Origin: Paracoccaceae bacterium
GTDB taxonomy: Bacteria; Pseudomonadota; Alphaproteobacteria; Rhodobacterales; Rhodobacteraceae
Length of the DNA: 64,000 bases
NCBI GenBank assembly: GCA_050633465.1
Contig: JBOEGO010000010.1
Location: 3,674-67,673, forward strand
Reading direction: 5' to 3'
The notes under the pieces were generated by a model. It had not been told where the DNA came from and did no database searches. It saw nothing but the letters and a program-made list of their open reading frames with translations. Below, one piece after another: positions 1 through 10,958 of this stretch; the first letter of the stretch is position 1, and every line of letters begins with the position of its first letter. Position numbers and translations under genes: made by a program.

Positions 1-19
1 AATACCTAAGAGACCCGCC

Positions 20-661
20 ATGCACCCAAATCCGGTCTACCGGCAGGCCACCCCGGCCAACAATCTGGATTTCGCCCGCGATCAGGGATTCGGGATGCTG
101 GCAGTCTCGACCCCCGATGCGCCGGTTCTCTCGCATATTCCCTTTTTGCTTGATGAAACGGGAAACAGCGCCGAATTCCACCTCGTGCGCTCCAACCCCA
201 TTGCCCGCGCCCTGCGCAATGGCCCGCTGCCCGCGAAAATCGCCGTGCAGGGGCCACATGCCTACCTGTCGCCCGACTGGTATGAACTGGATGATCAGGT
301 GCCGACTTGGAATTACGTTGCCGTGCATCTGACGGGCACCATCGAAACCCTGCCCGATACCGAAATGCGCCCCCTGCTGGAACGCATCAGCGCCTTTCAC
401 GAATCGCGGCTGCTGCCCAAACCCGAATGGCTGCTGGATAAAATGCCCGATGATCTGGTCGATAGAATGATGCGCCAGATCATTCCCTGCCGCATGACGG
501 TCACCGCCGTTGATGGCACATGGAAACTGGCACAAAACAAACCGGAATACGCCCGCCTGAACGCCGCCCGCGCCATGGATGCGGCCAATATCGGGCAGGA
601 TGCCCGCCTGCTGGCCGCGCTGATGCACCGCCCGCCCGAACCCGACGGTCAACAGCAATAG
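20..661 (+). CDS. FMN-binding negative transcriptional regulator, PaiB family
   Basis: 213-aa ATG ORF. The sequence (MHPNPVYRQ...SHIPFLL...WNYVAVH) is recalled as PaiB-like. No search run. Confidence 0.7.
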   Translation: MHPNPVYRQATPANNLDFARDQGFGMLAVSTPDAPVLSHIPFLLDETGNSAEFHLVRSNPIARALRNGPLPAKIAVQGPHAYLSPDWYELDDQVPTWNYVAVHLTGTIETLPDTEMRPLLERISAFHESRLLPKPEWLLDKMPDDLVDRMMRQIIPCRMTVTAVDGTWKLAQNKPEYARLNAARAMDAANIGQDARLLAALMHRPPEPDGQQQ

Positions 662-715
662 ACATGGGCGCACAGCCGCCCTACCTTCCCCACGAATCCT
701 AAAAGGGGAACGCAA

Positions 716-1321
716 ATGCAACTGATCTTTTCACCCACATCGCCCTTTGTGCGCAAAGTATCCGTGCTGCTGCGCGAAACCGGTACGCTTGATTCGGTTG
801 AACTGATTCCGGTGCAAACCTCCCCCACCGCGACCGATCCACAGGTCGCCGCCGCCAACCCCCTTGGCCGCATCCCCGCCCTGATCCGCAATGACGGCCC
901 CGCGCTCTATGACAGCCGCGTCATCACCCGCTACCTCGATGCGAAATCCGGCGGCAAATTCTACCCCGAACAACGCATCTGGGAGGTCCTGACACTCGAA
1001 GCCACAGCCGAAGGCATCTTGGACAGCGCCGTTTCCATGGCATATGAAACCAAGGTCCGCCCACCGGAAAAGGTGTTCGATGGCTGGCTTGATGCGCAAT
1101 GGGGCAAGGTCTCCGGCGCGATCAATGCCATCAATACCCGCTGGATGAGCCACCTGAACGGCCCCATCGACATCAGCCATATCGCCGTCGGCTGCGCCCT
1201 TGGCTATCTGGACCTGCGCCATGATGCGCGGGGCTGGCGCAAGGGCAACGATGCGCTGGATGACTGGTTCGCCACCTTTAATGCGCGCCCGTCGATGCAG
1301 GCCACGATTCCGGTGGCATGA
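716..1321 (+). CDS. glutathione S-transferase family protein
   Basis: 201-aa ORF. N-terminal thioredoxin-like GST domain (SPFVRKV, GRIPAL, SRVI) plus a helical C-domain. AGGGGA-type SD precedes the ATG. Confidence 0.85.
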   Translation: MQLIFSPTSPFVRKVSVLLRETGTLDSVELIPVQTSPTATDPQVAAANPLGRIPALIRNDGPALYDSRVITRYLDAKSGGKFYPEQRIWEVLTLEATAEGILDSAVSMAYETKVRPPEKVFDGWLDAQWGKVSGAINAINTRWMSHLNGPIDISHIAVGCALGYLDLRHDARGWRKGNDALDDWFATFNARPSMQATIPVA

Positions 1322-1348
1322 CCACGCATCCAGCACAACGCGCCTGAC

Positions 1349-2251
1349 ATGCCCGAATTTCACACCGCCGTGGCCACGCCCGACGCCGTTACCATGGCGC
1401 AGGGCGACGCCACGGCGTTGTTTCCATGGTTCAGCTTTACCAAAACCGTGATCGCCACACTGGCGATGTTGCTGCGCCGTGACGGGGCACTGGATCTGGA
1501 TCGGCCACTCGACGGGTTGAACGGCCAGCCCTATACAACGCGCCAGTTGTTGATGCATCAATCGGGCCTGCGCGATTATGCGGGCCTGTCGGAATATCAC
1601 GCCGATGTCGCGCGCGGCAGGCCGCCATGGGATCGGACCACCTTTCTGGCGAAATCACAGGCCCATAGCCCGCTGTTTGCGCCGGGACAGGGCTGGGCCT
1701 ATTCCAATATCGGCTACATGATCGCCCGCGAACAGGTGGAACAGGCGGCGCAAATGCCCTTTGCCGCGCTGTTTCAGGCGCGAATCGCCGCACCCCTCGG
1801 GCTGGAACGCAGTAAATTTGCCGCAAACCCGGCGGATTTTTCTGCGCTGCATTGGCCCGCCGTGCGCTCTTACCACCCCGATTGGGTGGCCCATGGCACT
1901 TTATTAGGCACCGCGCCCGAGGCCGCAAAACTGATGCAGGCGCTGGTGCAGGGGCAAATCCTGCCGCTTGCCGATCTGGATGAAATGAAAAAAGCCCATG
2001 TTCTGGGCGGCCCCCTGCATGGGCGACCATGGCAAACCTGCGGCTATGGAACAGGGTTAATGACGGGCAGCGTGGCGCGGCCATGTGGTGGCGAAACACC
2101 CGCCTTTGGCCATTCGGGGCTGGGCACGGTCTGCGCCAATGCGGTCTATCACTTCCCCGCGACGGGCCGCAGCGTGGCGGTGTTCACCTCCGGCACCAGC
2201 GAGGCACCCGCCGAATTCGAGGCCGCCCGATTCGGCTGCGCCCCCGCCTGA
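1349..2251 (+). CDS. serine hydrolase (beta-lactamase-related / class C-like)
   Basis: 300-aa ORF with an S-x-x-K nucleophile motif (SFTK) near the N-terminus and a YSN motif. Typical of the beta-lactamase-related esterase family. Confidence 0.75.
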   Translation: MPEFHTAVATPDAVTMAQGDATALFPWFSFTKTVIATLAMLLRRDGALDLDRPLDGLNGQPYTTRQLLMHQSGLRDYAGLSEYHADVARGRPPWDRTTFLAKSQAHSPLFAPGQGWAYSNIGYMIAREQVEQAAQMPFAALFQARIAAPLGLERSKFAANPADFSALHWPAVRSYHPDWVAHGTLLGTAPEAAKLMQALVQGQILPLADLDEMKKAHVLGGPLHGRPWQTCGYGTGLMTGSVARPCGGETPAFGHSGLGTVCANAVYHFPATGRSVAVFTSGTSEAPAEFEAARFGCAPA

Positions 2252-2285
2252 AACAGGGGCGCAAACCGCTTGGAATCCGATCAGA

Positions 2286-2945
2286 TCAGAAACTATAGGA
2301 CACGCCGAAATTCAGCGCGTTGGAAATCAGGCGGGTCTTCATCGTGCCGCCATTTTCCAGATCGGCCTCGTTTTGCGAAATGGTGAACTGGTATTCGCTG
2401 AACAGGCCCCAACGGTCGTTCAGGTCATATTTTACACCGGCAATCGCCTTGGCTGCGGGGCCGGTGACCTGATAACCAAAGGTTCTATTGCCGTTTTCCG
2501 TCACATCCACATGCGGCATGGCAAACCCGATGCCCGCGCCGACATAGGGCGTGAACTTGCCCCATTTGTTGTCCCAGCGCTTGATCACGTTGGCGGTGAT
2601 GATGTTATGCCCGTCAGTGAATTCCAACCGCGAAAAACCGGCAGGCATTTCCGCACCGGGGGCATAGAATTTGCTATGGGTGAACTCCATACCAAACCCC
2701 AGCCCGCTGTCGCGCCACCACATGGCACGCATCCCGTAATAGGGCGGCGCTTCAAAACTTTTGCCATCCCACCCGATCAGATTGGAATAGGCGGTGCCAT
2801 TGGCGCGCGTGCCCTTGACGCGGCTGTGCGGCGCGGTCTGATACCCGCCGTAAAAGCTCAGTTCCATTTCGGCAGCGGCAGGCGCAACCATCGCCACAGC
2901 GCCAAGCGACGCGATTGCGGCGGTGGCGATATATTTCTTAATCAT
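2286..2945 (-). CDS. outer-membrane beta-barrel protein (OmpW/LpxQ-like)
   Basis: 219-aa ORF. Signal peptide ending AAA-EME, alternating aromatic/glycine beta-strand pattern and a C-terminal ...FGVSYSF typical of OM barrels. Confidence 0.7.
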   Translation of the reverse strand: MIKKYIATAAIASLGAVAMVAPAAAEMELSFYGGYQTAPHSRVKGTRANGTAYSNLIGWDGKSFEAPPYYGMRAMWWRDSGLGFGMEFTHSKFYAPGAEMPAGFSRLEFTDGHNIITANVIKRWDNKWGKFTPYVGAGIGFAMPHVDVTENGNRTFGYQVTGPAAKAIAGVKYDLNDRWGLFSEYQFTISQNEADLENGGTMKTRLISNALNFGVSYSF

Positions 2946-3163
2946 CTGTTTATCCTTCGCAGGTGAACGCGGGTCCTGCCGCCCTGATATACCGCCACAG
3001 GGCGTCCCTCAAGCGCGACACAACCGCGCTTTGCTCAAAGGCAGGGCAATGTGTTCTGGACGCAAGGGAAAACCCTCGTTAAATACCGCCTCGGAGAGGC
3101 TGCCAATTGCGCGGCCCAAACCCGCATTGGCCGCGTCGCGGTCGAAAGAATGGAGAGAACCTC

Positions 3164-3742
3164 GTGTCCCACGCAGAAGATCACGAAGGCACCCGCAGAG
3201 ACTTCCTCTACTACGCCACGGCTGGCGCAGGCGCGGTTGCAACCGGTGCGGCCGTCTGGCCGCTCGTCAACCAGATGAACCCCTCGGCCGATGTGCAGGC
3301 CCTATCCTCGATCCGCGTGGACGTGTCCGGTGTTGAACCCGGCACACAGCTGACCGTGAAATGGCTGGGTAAACCCGTGTTTATCCGCCGCCGCGTCGAA
3401 TCAGAAATCGAAGAGGCGCGCGCCGTCACGCTCGATGACCTGACCATCGACAAAGACTCGCAAAACGAAAACAAACCCGATGCCAACGCGCTGGATGCCA
3501 ACCGCACCCTGCCGCTGCCCGATGGCACCGACACCGGCGAATGGCTGGTGATGATCGGCGTTTGCACCCACCTGGGTTGCGTGCCCATCGGCAACGGTGC
3601 CGGCGACTTTGGCGGCTGGTTCTGCCCCTGCCACGGGTCGCACTACGACACCGCAGGCCGTATCCGCAAGGGTCCCGCGCCTCGCAACCTCGATGTCCCG
3701 GTCGCCGCATTCGTCGACGATTCCACTATTAAACTCGGATAA
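3164..3742 (+). CDS. petA: ubiquinol-cytochrome c reductase Rieske iron-sulfur subunit
   Basis: Rieske boxes CTHLGC and CPCHGSHYD. Tat-like RRDFLYYAT motif. Start moved to the in-frame GTG at 3164, preceded by GGAGAG; the track ORF begins at 3107. Confidence 0.93.
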   Translation: MSHAEDHEGTRRDFLYYATAGAGAVATGAAVWPLVNQMNPSADVQALSSIRVDVSGVEPGTQLTVKWLGKPVFIRRRVESEIEEARAVTLDDLTIDKDSQNENKPDANALDANRTLPLPDGTDTGEWLVMIGVCTHLGCVPIGNGAGDFGGWFCPCHGSHYDTAGRIRKGPAPRNLDVPVAAFVDDSTIKLG

Positions 3743-3754
3743 GGAAACGCGCAC

Positions 3755-5074
3755 ATGGCCGGTATTCCGCACGATCATTACGAGCCCAAAACGGGCGCCG
3801 AGAAGTGGCTGCACTCGCGGCTCCCCATCGTGGGTCTTCTCTATGACACCATCATGATCCCCACACCCAAAAACCTGAACTGGATGTGGATCTGGGGCAT
3901 CATCCTCACCTTCTGCCTTGCATTGCAAATCGTCACCGGCATCGTGCTGGTCATGCACTATACACCGCATGTCGATCTGGCCTTTGCTTCGGTCGAACAC
4001 ATCATGCGCGACGTGAATGGCGGCTATATGCTGCGCTACCTGCACGCAAACGGCGCCTCGCTGTTCTTTGTGGCTGTGTATCTGCACATCTTCCGCGGTT
4101 TCTACTACGGGTCGTATAAATCGCCCCGCGAAATCACATGGATCATCGGTATGCTGATCTATCTGTGCATGATGGGCACCGCGTTCATGGGCTATGTGCT
4201 GCCATGGGGGCAAATGTCCTTCTGGGGTGCGACCGTGATCACCGGCCTGTTCGGCGCGATTCCCTTTATCGGCGAACCGATCCAGACATGGCTTCTGGGC
4301 GGACCGGCGGTGGATAACGCCACGCTGAACCGCTTCTTCTCGCTGCACTACCTGCTGCCGTTCGTGATTGCCGCGCTTGTGGCCGTCCACATCTGGGCCT
4401 TCCACACCACGGGCAACAACAACCCCACAGGTGTCGAAGTGCGCCGCACCTCGAAAGCAGACGCAGAAAAAGACACCCTGCCCTTCTGGCCCTACTTTGT
4501 GATCAAAGACGTGTTCGCACTGGCCGTTGTTCTGCTGGTGTTCTTTGCCATCGTCGGCTTTATGCCCAACTATCTGGGCCACCCCGATAACTACATCGAA
4601 GCAAACCCGCTGGCGACGCCCGCACATATCGTACCCGAATGGTATTTCCTGCCGTTCTACGCGATCCTGCGCGCCTTTACCGCCGATGTCTGGGTTGTGG
4701 CTGCCACCAGCTGGATCACCGGCGGCATCGTCGACGCCAAGTTCTTTGGCGTGCTGGCCATGTTCGGCGCGATTGCGGTTATGGCGCTTGCGCCCTGGCT
4801 TGATACATCGCGCGTGCGCTCGGGCCGTTATCGCCCGCAGTTCAAATGGTGGTTCTGGCTTCTGGCCATCGACTTTGTGGTGCTGACATGGGTGGGCGCA
4901 ATGCCGACCGATGGCATCTACCCCTATATCTCGCTGATCGGTGCCGCCTATTGGTTCGGTTACTTCCTCGTGATCCTGCCGCTGCTGGGTGTGATTGAAA
5001 AACCCACCGCAGCACCCGCCACGATCGAAGAAGACTTTAACGCCCATTACGGTAAATCCGGCTCCGCCGAATAA
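3755..5074 (+). CDS. petB: cytochrome b
   Basis: 439-aa ORF with canonical cytochrome b sequence (NLNWMWIWG, haem-ligand His pairs, [13 protein letters not shown]). Confidence 0.97.
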   Translation: MAGIPHDHYEPKTGAEKWLHSRLPIVGLLYDTIMIPTPKNLNWMWIWGIILTFCLALQIVTGIVLVMHYTPHVDLAFASVEHIMRDVNGGYMLRYLHANGASLFFVAVYLHIFRGFYYGSYKSPREITWIIGMLIYLCMMGTAFMGYVLPWGQMSFWGATVITGLFGAIPFIGEPIQTWLLGGPAVDNATLNRFFSLHYLLPFVIAALVAVHIWAFHTTGNNNPTGVEVRRTSKADAEKDTLPFWPYFVIKDVFALAVVLLVFFAIVGFMPNYLGHPDNYIEANPLATPAHIVPEWYFLPFYAILRAFTADVWVVAATSWITGGIVDAKFFGVLAMFGAIAVMALAPWLDTSRVRSGRYRPQFKWWFWLLAIDFVVLTWVGAMPTDGIYPYISLIGAAYWFGYFLVILPLLGVIEKPTAAPATIEEDFNAHYGKSGSAE

Positions 5075-5083
5075 GAAAGGACA

Positions 5084-5881
5084 ATGGACATGCTGAAAAA
5101 GATCGCGATCTCCACAGCCCTCTCCCTTGCCCTCACGGGCGGGGCCATGGCCGCTGGCAGCGAAGGCCACGTTCACGATGTGGACTTCTCCTTCGAAGGG
5201 CCGTTTGGCAAATTCGACCAGCACCAGCTGCAACGCGGGCTTCAGGTCTATACCGAGGTATGCGCAGGCTGCCACGGGCTGAAATTCGTGCCAATCCGCA
5301 ACCTGCACGACGCATCCGGCCCCGGCATCCCCGAGGATCAGGTGCGCGCCTATGCAGCCGGTTTCGACATCTTTGATGCCGAACTGGACGATGACCGCCC
5401 GCGTACTCCGGCCGATATGTTCCCCGCCGTGTCCGGCGACGGAATGGGCCCTGACCTGTCGCTGATGGCCAAGGCACGCGCCGGTTTCCACGGTCCCTAC
5501 GGCACTGGCCTCAGCCAGCTGTTCAACGGCATCGGCGGGCCGGAATACATCACCTCTCTGCTGGCCGGTTACACCGGCGAAGAGAAGGAAGAGGCAGGCA
5601 CCACCTTCTATGAAAACACCGCCTTTCCCGGCGGCTGGATTTCGATGCCCCCGCCCCTGTCGGATGAACTGGTGGAATATGCCGATGGTCACGACAACTC
5701 GGTGCATCACATGGCCGAAGATGTGTCCGCCTTCCTGATGTGGACCGCAGAACCGAAAATGATGGCACGCAAACAAACCGGCTTTGTCGCCGTGTTGTTC
5801 CTCGTTGTGCTGTCCTCGCTGCTCTATCTGACCAACAAGAAGATCTGGGCGCCGGTCAAGAAAAAGGCGAAAGAGGGTTAA
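5084..5881 (+). CDS. petC: cytochrome c1
   Basis: 265-aa ORF. Signal peptide, CAGCH haem-binding motif and a C-terminal membrane anchor. Third gene of the bc1 operon. Confidence 0.95.
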   Translation: MDMLKKIAISTALSLALTGGAMAAGSEGHVHDVDFSFEGPFGKFDQHQLQRGLQVYTEVCAGCHGLKFVPIRNLHDASGPGIPEDQVRAYAAGFDIFDAELDDDRPRTPADMFPAVSGDGMGPDLSLMAKARAGFHGPYGTGLSQLFNGIGGPEYITSLLAGYTGEEKEEAGTTFYENTAFPGGWISMPPPLSDELVEYADGHDNSVHHMAEDVSAFLMWTAEPKMMARKQTGFVAVLFLVVLSSLLYLTNKKIWAPVKKKAKEG

Positions 5882-5904
5882 ACAACCCCAACCGCTGAAC
5901 CGAC

Positions 5905-5937
5905 AAAACCCCGCCTGTCATGGGCGGGGTTTTTCTT
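5905..5937 (+). terminator. rho-independent terminator of petABC
   Basis: AAAACCCCGCC-tgtcatg-GGCGGGGTTTTTCTTT, located 25 nt after the petC stop. Confidence 0.8.
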
Positions 5938-6026
5938 TGCCTGTTCCCCTGTTCGTTATCAAAACCTGACCCCGCCCTGCGGCAAACCTGCGCTTTCATG
6001 GATCAGACCCCTTGAATCATACGAAC

Positions 6027-6746
6027 CTAATGATTCGCCCCCAAATACATACGAAGCGGCGGCGGCGGATCATCCAGCAGCGCCTTGGTGTCAAATGGCC
6101 CCGTTGCTGCGCCCTCGGCCACCAGAATGCTCTGTTCGCAAATCCGTCTGGCGTCATCGGGGTCGTGGCTGACCATCAACAGGGTCGCGCCACTGTCACG
6201 GGCCAGCTGTTTCACCAGCTCCAGCATTTCAATTTTCAATGCGGGGCCAAGTGCCGCAAATGGTTCATCCAAAAGGATAATTTCGCGTTTCTGCACCATG
6301 ATCCGCGCCAATGCGACCCGCCCCTGCTGCCCGCCCGACAGGCTCGCGGGCTTGCGATCCTCATACCCTTGCAACCCCGTTTTGCTCAGCGCGCTGCTGA
6401 CCTGCTGGCGTTGCTCCGCGTTCAGTTTCAGGTTGGGGTCCAACCCCAAGCCGACGTTCTGTGCTACCGTCAGATGTGGGAAAAAGTTGTTATCCTGGAA
6501 TAGGATAGCCATAGGTCGCTGATGTGGTGGCAGGTCGGAAATGTGATTTCCATTCCATGCTATCGACCCGCTGGTCAGGTCGGTGAATCCCGCAATCGCG
6601 CCCAGCAATGTCGATTTCCCCGCGCCCGATGGCCCGATCACCGCATGGCTGCCCGCGCCGATATTCATGTCGGCCCGCAGCGTGAAATCCCCCTGCGTTA
6701 TCAGCACCTTATCCATTATCAGCATCCATTCGCCCCCCGCGATCAA
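6027..6746 (-). CDS. thiQ: thiamine ABC transporter ATP-binding protein
   Basis: Walker A GPSGAGKST, signature LSGGQQ and Walker B ILLLDEP. Last gene of the thiB-thiP-thiQ operon. The true start is probably an internal Met (MLIMDK / MDK) overlapping the thiP stop. Confidence 0.85.
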   Translation of the reverse strand: MIAGGEWMLIMDKVLITQGDFTLRADMNIGAGSHAVIGPSGAGKSTLLGAIAGFTDLTSGSIAWNGNHISDLPPHQRPMAILFQDNNFFPHLTVAQNVGLGLDPNLKLNAEQRQQVSSALSKTGLQGYEDRKPASLSGGQQGRVALARIMVQKREIILLDEPFAALGPALKIEMLELVKQLARDSGATLLMVSHDPDDARRICEQSILVAEGAATGPFDTKALLDDPPPPLRMYLGANH

Positions 6747-8265
6747 ACAGCCAGAATATCGCCAATGATGCCGCCATCAGCAGCAATGCCGCCGCCGCCG
6801 CATCCTCCATCCGGTAGGCGCCCATCAACCGCCACACCTGCAACGGCAGCGTCGCCTGTTCGGGGCTGGCGAACAGCGCCACAACCCCCAAATCCCCCAT
6901 CGAAAGCGCCCCCGTCAACCCCGCAGCAAAGCCCGAAACCCGCCGCATCCGGGGCCACAAAACCAGCTTGATCCACGCCCCCTGCGACATGCCCAGTGAC
7001 GCGCTTAATCTGTTGTAATTGCTATATATTTCCCGCATTTCCGGCACCATCACCCGCAGGGCAAAGGGCAGCGCCATCAGCGCATTCGCCAGCACCGTCA
7101 CCGCCATCGCATAGCGGCTTGGCGCGTCGAACGGGTGGATCATCAAAAACAGCCCCGTGCCGATCACCATGGGCGATGTGGCGATGCCCAATAGCGCGAT
7201 ACCTTCCAGCCATCTGATCCGCACCGCCGCCATTGACAGCGCGAAACTGGCTGCCATCCCTATGATAACGCTAAATAAAACCACAGTTAGGGAAGTTTTC
7301 ACCGACAGCCAAACCGCCAGCGGCAGGTGCCATATACCGGGCAATCCGCGCAGCAGGATCATCAACAGGGGCAGCACCAAAAACAGGCTAACCCCCAGTA
7401 ATACAACGATATCCTGCGTGATCAGCAGTGGTGTTTGCGCATCCTGCCGCCGTATGGCGCGGTCCATCCCCGCGCCGAACCCTTCTTGGCGTGCCCATGC
7501 CAATGACACCACCGCAGCCACGGCCACCATGCCCATCTGCACGCTGGCCAGCACCGCCGCACGCCCCAGATCAAAGTCGAACAGGAAGGCCTCGTATATT
7601 GCCAGTTCAACCGTGGTCGCCCGTGGTCCGCCGCCCAGTGACAGCGCCACGGCAAAGCTGGACAAGCACAGGGTGAACACAATCAATAGCGCACCGGGCA
7701 ATGTGGAGCGCAACATGGGGTATTCCAACACCCGCGCCACCTGCCCCGCGCCCATGCCCAATGACGCCGCCAGACGGAACCGCTCTGCCGGAATCGCCTG
7801 CCACCCCTGCAATAAAATCCGTGTCGCCAAGGGCAGGTTGAAAAACACATGCGCCAGCACCACCCCGTGCAATCCGTATATCTGCACCGGCGGCAGCCCG
7901 ACCCATCCAAGCGCCGTGCTGATCGCCCCCGCGCGCCCGAACACCGCCGTCAGCCCCAGCACCGCCACGATGACCGGCAATATAAACGGCGCGCCCAGCA
8001 ATGTGATCAGGATTGAGCGCCCGAAAAACGCCCGCCGCGCAAGCGCCCGCGCCACCGGAACCGCCAGCAATCCACTGATAATACTTGATAAAATCGCCTG
8101 CACCACAGTAAACCGCAATGCCGCATAATCCGCAGGGCCAAGGCCGGAACCCCCGCCCGCACGCCACAAAACAGCGCATAATGCGCCCAGAACCACAATC
8201 GCAATCAGCGCAGCAACCGCAATTCCGGGCGCGACTTGCCTCACTTGGCCAGGGCCGCCAACCAT
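6709..8265 (-). CDS. thiP: thiamine/thiamine-pyrophosphate ABC transporter permease
   Basis: 518-aa polytopic ORF with a duplicated ABC permease architecture, sitting between thiB and thiQ. Confidence 0.85.
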   Translation of the reverse strand: MVGGPGQVRQVAPGIAVAALIAIVVLGALCAVLWRAGGGSGLGPADYAALRFTVVQAILSSIISGLLAVPVARALARRAFFGRSILITLLGAPFILPVIVAVLGLTAVFGRAGAISTALGWVGLPPVQIYGLHGVVLAHVFFNLPLATRILLQGWQAIPAERFRLAASLGMGAGQVARVLEYPMLRSTLPGALLIVFTLCLSSFAVALSLGGGPRATTVELAIYEAFLFDFDLGRAAVLASVQMGMVAVAAVVSLAWARQEGFGAGMDRAIRRQDAQTPLLITQDIVVLLGVSLFLVLPLLMILLRGLPGIWHLPLAVWLSVKTSLTVVLFSVIIGMAASFALSMAAVRIRWLEGIALLGIATSPMVIGTGLFLMIHPFDAPSRYAMAVTVLANALMALPFALRVMVPEMREIYSNYNRLSASLGMSQGAWIKLVLWPRMRRVSGFAAGLTGALSMGDLGVVALFASPEQATLPLQVWRLMGAYRMEDAAAAALLLMAASLAIFWLFDRGGRMDADNG

Positions 8266-9221
8266 TCATCCAACGCCACATCGCGCAATGCATCGGCCTG
8301 GTCCGCCGCGACCAACAGCGATTTTTCCGGCGTTATCAGGGTGTTGAACCCTTCGGGCAGGCCCGCCGCCGGGGTCACAGCCGGATACATCCAATTGGTC
8401 GTGGGGATGATCGCCTGAAACGCATCCGACACCATGAATTGCAGGAACTGATCCGCCAGTTCCGGCTGCTTGGTCGATGCGGTTTTGGCCGCGACTTCGA
8501 TCTGCAAATAGTGCCCCTCGGTGAATGGCAGGGCTTGCTTGCTGTCGTCTTCCTCGGCGATCAGATGATAGGCAGGAGAGGTGGTATAGGACAGCACCAG
8601 ATCGGCCTCCCCTTCCAGGAACAGCCCGTATGCCTCGCTCCAACCCTTTGTAACTGTTACGATATTATCCGACAGATCGGCCCAGACCTGCGGCGCATCA
8701 TCGCCATACGCCGCCTTGACCCACATCAGCAGGCCCAATCCGGGCGTCGATGAACGCGGGTCCTGAATCACAATTTTCGCATCCGATGCGGCCAATTCCC
8801 TGATGCTGGTCGGGGTCACGCCATCCTTATTGCCGACAAAGGCGAAATAGCCCCAATCGAACGGCACGAATGTATCGTCGGACCATGCCACGGGCAGGGT
8901 GTATTCGGCGCTCACCGCAACGGGCGCGAACAGCCCCGATGCACGCGCCGCCCCGATCAATGATGTATCAAGCCCCAACACCACATCAGCCTCGCTGCGG
9001 GTGCCCTCGAGTTTCAGACGCGCCAACAGGGCCGCACCATCGCCCGCGCTGACGAATTGCAAATCGCAGGCGCAGACCTGTTCGAATGCTTTTTCCACCG
9101 AAGGGCCGGGGCCCCAATCGGATACAAAGCTGTCATAGGTATAGACGTTCAAAACGGGTGTCTCGGCCAGGGCATTGGTGGCTGCGACAAGTCCCGTAAC
9201 GAGGGTGAGATGTTTCAACAT
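8241..9221 (-). CDS. thiB: thiamine ABC transporter substrate-binding protein
   Basis: 326-aa ORF with a signal peptide (LVAATNALA-ET). Periplasmic binding protein directly downstream of a TPP riboswitch. Confidence 0.85.
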   Translation of the reverse strand: MLKHLTLVTGLVAATNALAETPVLNVYTYDSFVSDWGPGPSVEKAFEQVCACDLQFVSAGDGAALLARLKLEGTRSEADVVLGLDTSLIGAARASGLFAPVAVSAEYTLPVAWSDDTFVPFDWGYFAFVGNKDGVTPTSIRELAASDAKIVIQDPRSSTPGLGLLMWVKAAYGDDAPQVWADLSDNIVTVTKGWSEAYGLFLEGEADLVLSYTTSPAYHLIAEEDDSKQALPFTEGHYLQIEVAAKTASTKQPELADQFLQFMVSDAFQAIIPTTNWMYPAVTPAAGLPEGFNTLITPEKSLLVAADQADALRDVALDEWLAALAK

Positions 9222-9267
9222 GACATCATTCCATATGTTGCGGGCGGGGCAAAAGCAGGAGTGATAT

Positions 9268-9358
9268 CCATACCTTCCCTCCGCCGGTTCTAACCGGTTC
9301 AGGTTCTACGGGTTCGCTTGCGCATCTCAGCCAAGCAACACTTGGCACCCCGAGGTAT
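9268..9358 (-). promoter_or_regulatory. TPP (THI-box) riboswitch upstream of thiBPQ
   Basis: The minus strand reads GGGGTGCCAAGTGTTGCTTGGCTGAGATGCGCAAGCGAACCCGTAGAACCTGAACCGGTTAGAACCGGCGGAGGGAAGG. It contains the conserved CUGAGA, ACCUGA and GCGGAGGGAA elements of the THI element. Confidence 0.88.
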
Positions 9359-9431
9359 CGCGGAACGTAGGGTGGGCGGGGCGCGGTGACAAGGGAGATT
9401 TCACCCCTGCCAACCACACCCCGCCACAGGG

Positions 9432-10811
9432 TCAATGCGGCTTGGCGTATTGGGCCAGTTCGGCCTCTGCTGCCTCGTCGATATCCAGATCGGCATCGGT
9501 AAAAATGCCTGCATCCGGGTCGTTGAATATGGCCATGTCGATCTTGTCTTCGCCTTTGGCGACGATAGATGTGACGACCGCATCGCCTGTAATATTCACA
9601 GCCGTGCGGATCATATCCATCAAACGGTCAACGCCCAGAATCAGCGCGATGCCTTCGATTGGCAGGCCAACCTGACCCAGAACCATGGTCAGCATCACCA
9701 GCCCCACACCCGGCACGCCAGCGGTGCCGATGGACGCCAGAACCGCCATGGCAATCACCATCAGGTAGCCACCCAGCCCCAGATCAATGCCGTAAACATT
9801 GGCCAGAAACACCGTGGCCACGCCCTGCATGATCGCGGTGCCGTCCATGTTGATCGTCGCGCCGAACGGCACACAGAACGACCCGACCGAATTGTTCACG
9901 CCAACCCGTTCCGTCACGCAGCGCAGGGTCACCGGAATGGTGGCGTTGCTGGATGCGGTGGAAAACGCAAATATCTGCGCGGGGCGGATTTTCTTCATGA
10001 ATGTGATCGGGTTAAGGCCGGACAGCAGTTTCAGCATCACCATCAGCGTCACGAACAAATGCACGAACAGGGCCAGCACCAGCGTCACAACATAGGCCAG
10101 CACAGGGATGAACAGTTCGATCCCCTGTTCGGTGAATGTTTTCGCGATCAGGCAGAACACGCCAATAGGGGCAAAGGCCATGACGATGCCGACGACCTTC
10201 ATCATCACCTCGTTCATGTATTCGCTTGCCTCGACAAATCCTTTGGATTTCGCGCCCAGCATCAATACGGCCACGCCCAAAATCACCGTGTAGAAAATGA
10301 TTTGCAGCATTTCACCATTGGCGAATGCGGCCACCGGATTGGTCGGCACGATCGAGGCAAAGACGTTCCAGACGGTTGGCGCCTCGCGCCCCGTGACGCC
10401 GGATGTGTCGATGCCATCCATCACGAACCCTTTGCCGGGGCCGATGATGGTGGCCAAAAAGATCGCAACCGCAATCGCAATGGCCGTGGTGGTCAGATAC
10501 AGAACGAAACTTTTGCCGCCGACACGGCCAAGGATACGAATGTCGCCAATCCCCGTCACGCCGCAGATCAGCGAAAAGAACACCAGCGGAACGACCAGCA
10601 TTTTCAGGGCATTCACGAACATCTTGCCGATCATGGCAAACAGCCCGCCAACGATATGCGTGTTGATGAAGTCCGACCCGATTTTGTTAAAGATCACACC
10701 CAGAACCAAACCGCCCAGCATGGCCAGCATGATCTGCGTCGTCAGGGACATTTTCGACGGCTTTCCGCCCGTGGCCCCGCCGGTGTCCCGGCTTTCTGTC
10801 GCGCTTGTCAT
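9432..10811 (-). CDS. dicarboxylate/amino acid:cation symporter (DAACS family)
   Basis: Polytopic ORF with DAACS hallmarks (SSNATIP, NMDGTA, VDRxxDMxRT). Start moved to MTSATES..., preceded by GGAAGGAAA; the track ORF starts at 10880. Confidence 0.88.
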   Translation of the reverse strand: MTSATESRDTGGATGGKPSKMSLTTQIMLAMLGGLVLGVIFNKIGSDFINTHIVGGLFAMIGKMFVNALKMLVVPLVFFSLICGVTGIGDIRILGRVGGKSFVLYLTTTAIAIAVAIFLATIIGPGKGFVMDGIDTSGVTGREAPTVWNVFASIVPTNPVAAFANGEMLQIIFYTVILGVAVLMLGAKSKGFVEASEYMNEVMMKVVGIVMAFAPIGVFCLIAKTFTEQGIELFIPVLAYVVTLVLALFVHLFVTLMVMLKLLSGLNPITFMKKIRPAQIFAFSTASSNATIPVTLRCVTERVGVNNSVGSFCVPFGATINMDGTAIMQGVATVFLANVYGIDLGLGGYLMVIAMAVLASIGTAGVPGVGLVMLTMVLGQVGLPIEGIALILGVDRLMDMIRTAVNITGDAVVTSIVAKGEDKIDMAIFNDPDAGIFTDADLDIDEAAEAELAQYAKPH

Positions 10812-10958
10812 TTCGTTTCCTTCCTGTTGCTTTATGACAAGAGTGTTACACGCTTTTCGTGAAACGCAAAATTTATGCACGGCCTACGCGAAAACACAGG
10901 TGTGATTGCCTCTGACTTGAGCAATTGATAGAGCAGGGAAAAGCAAACGGGGGTCGCC

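Noticed and set aside
1-10. The 10-mer AATACCTAAG occurs at 1-10 and again at 19139-19148.
   Set aside because: A single 10-nt match is within chance expectation for 64 kb on two strands, and there is no extended similarity around it.
3401-5776. A 791-aa ORF on the minus strand spanning petA-petB-petC.
   Set aside because: It is entirely antisense to three unmistakable bc1 genes. The translation is low-complexity and rich in G/A/R/H/V. Long stop-free antisense frames are expected in GC3-biased genomes.
9435-10862. A 475-aa plus-strand ORF.
   Set aside because: It is a mirror-frame shadow of the DAACS transporter gene, with H/R/Q-rich composition.
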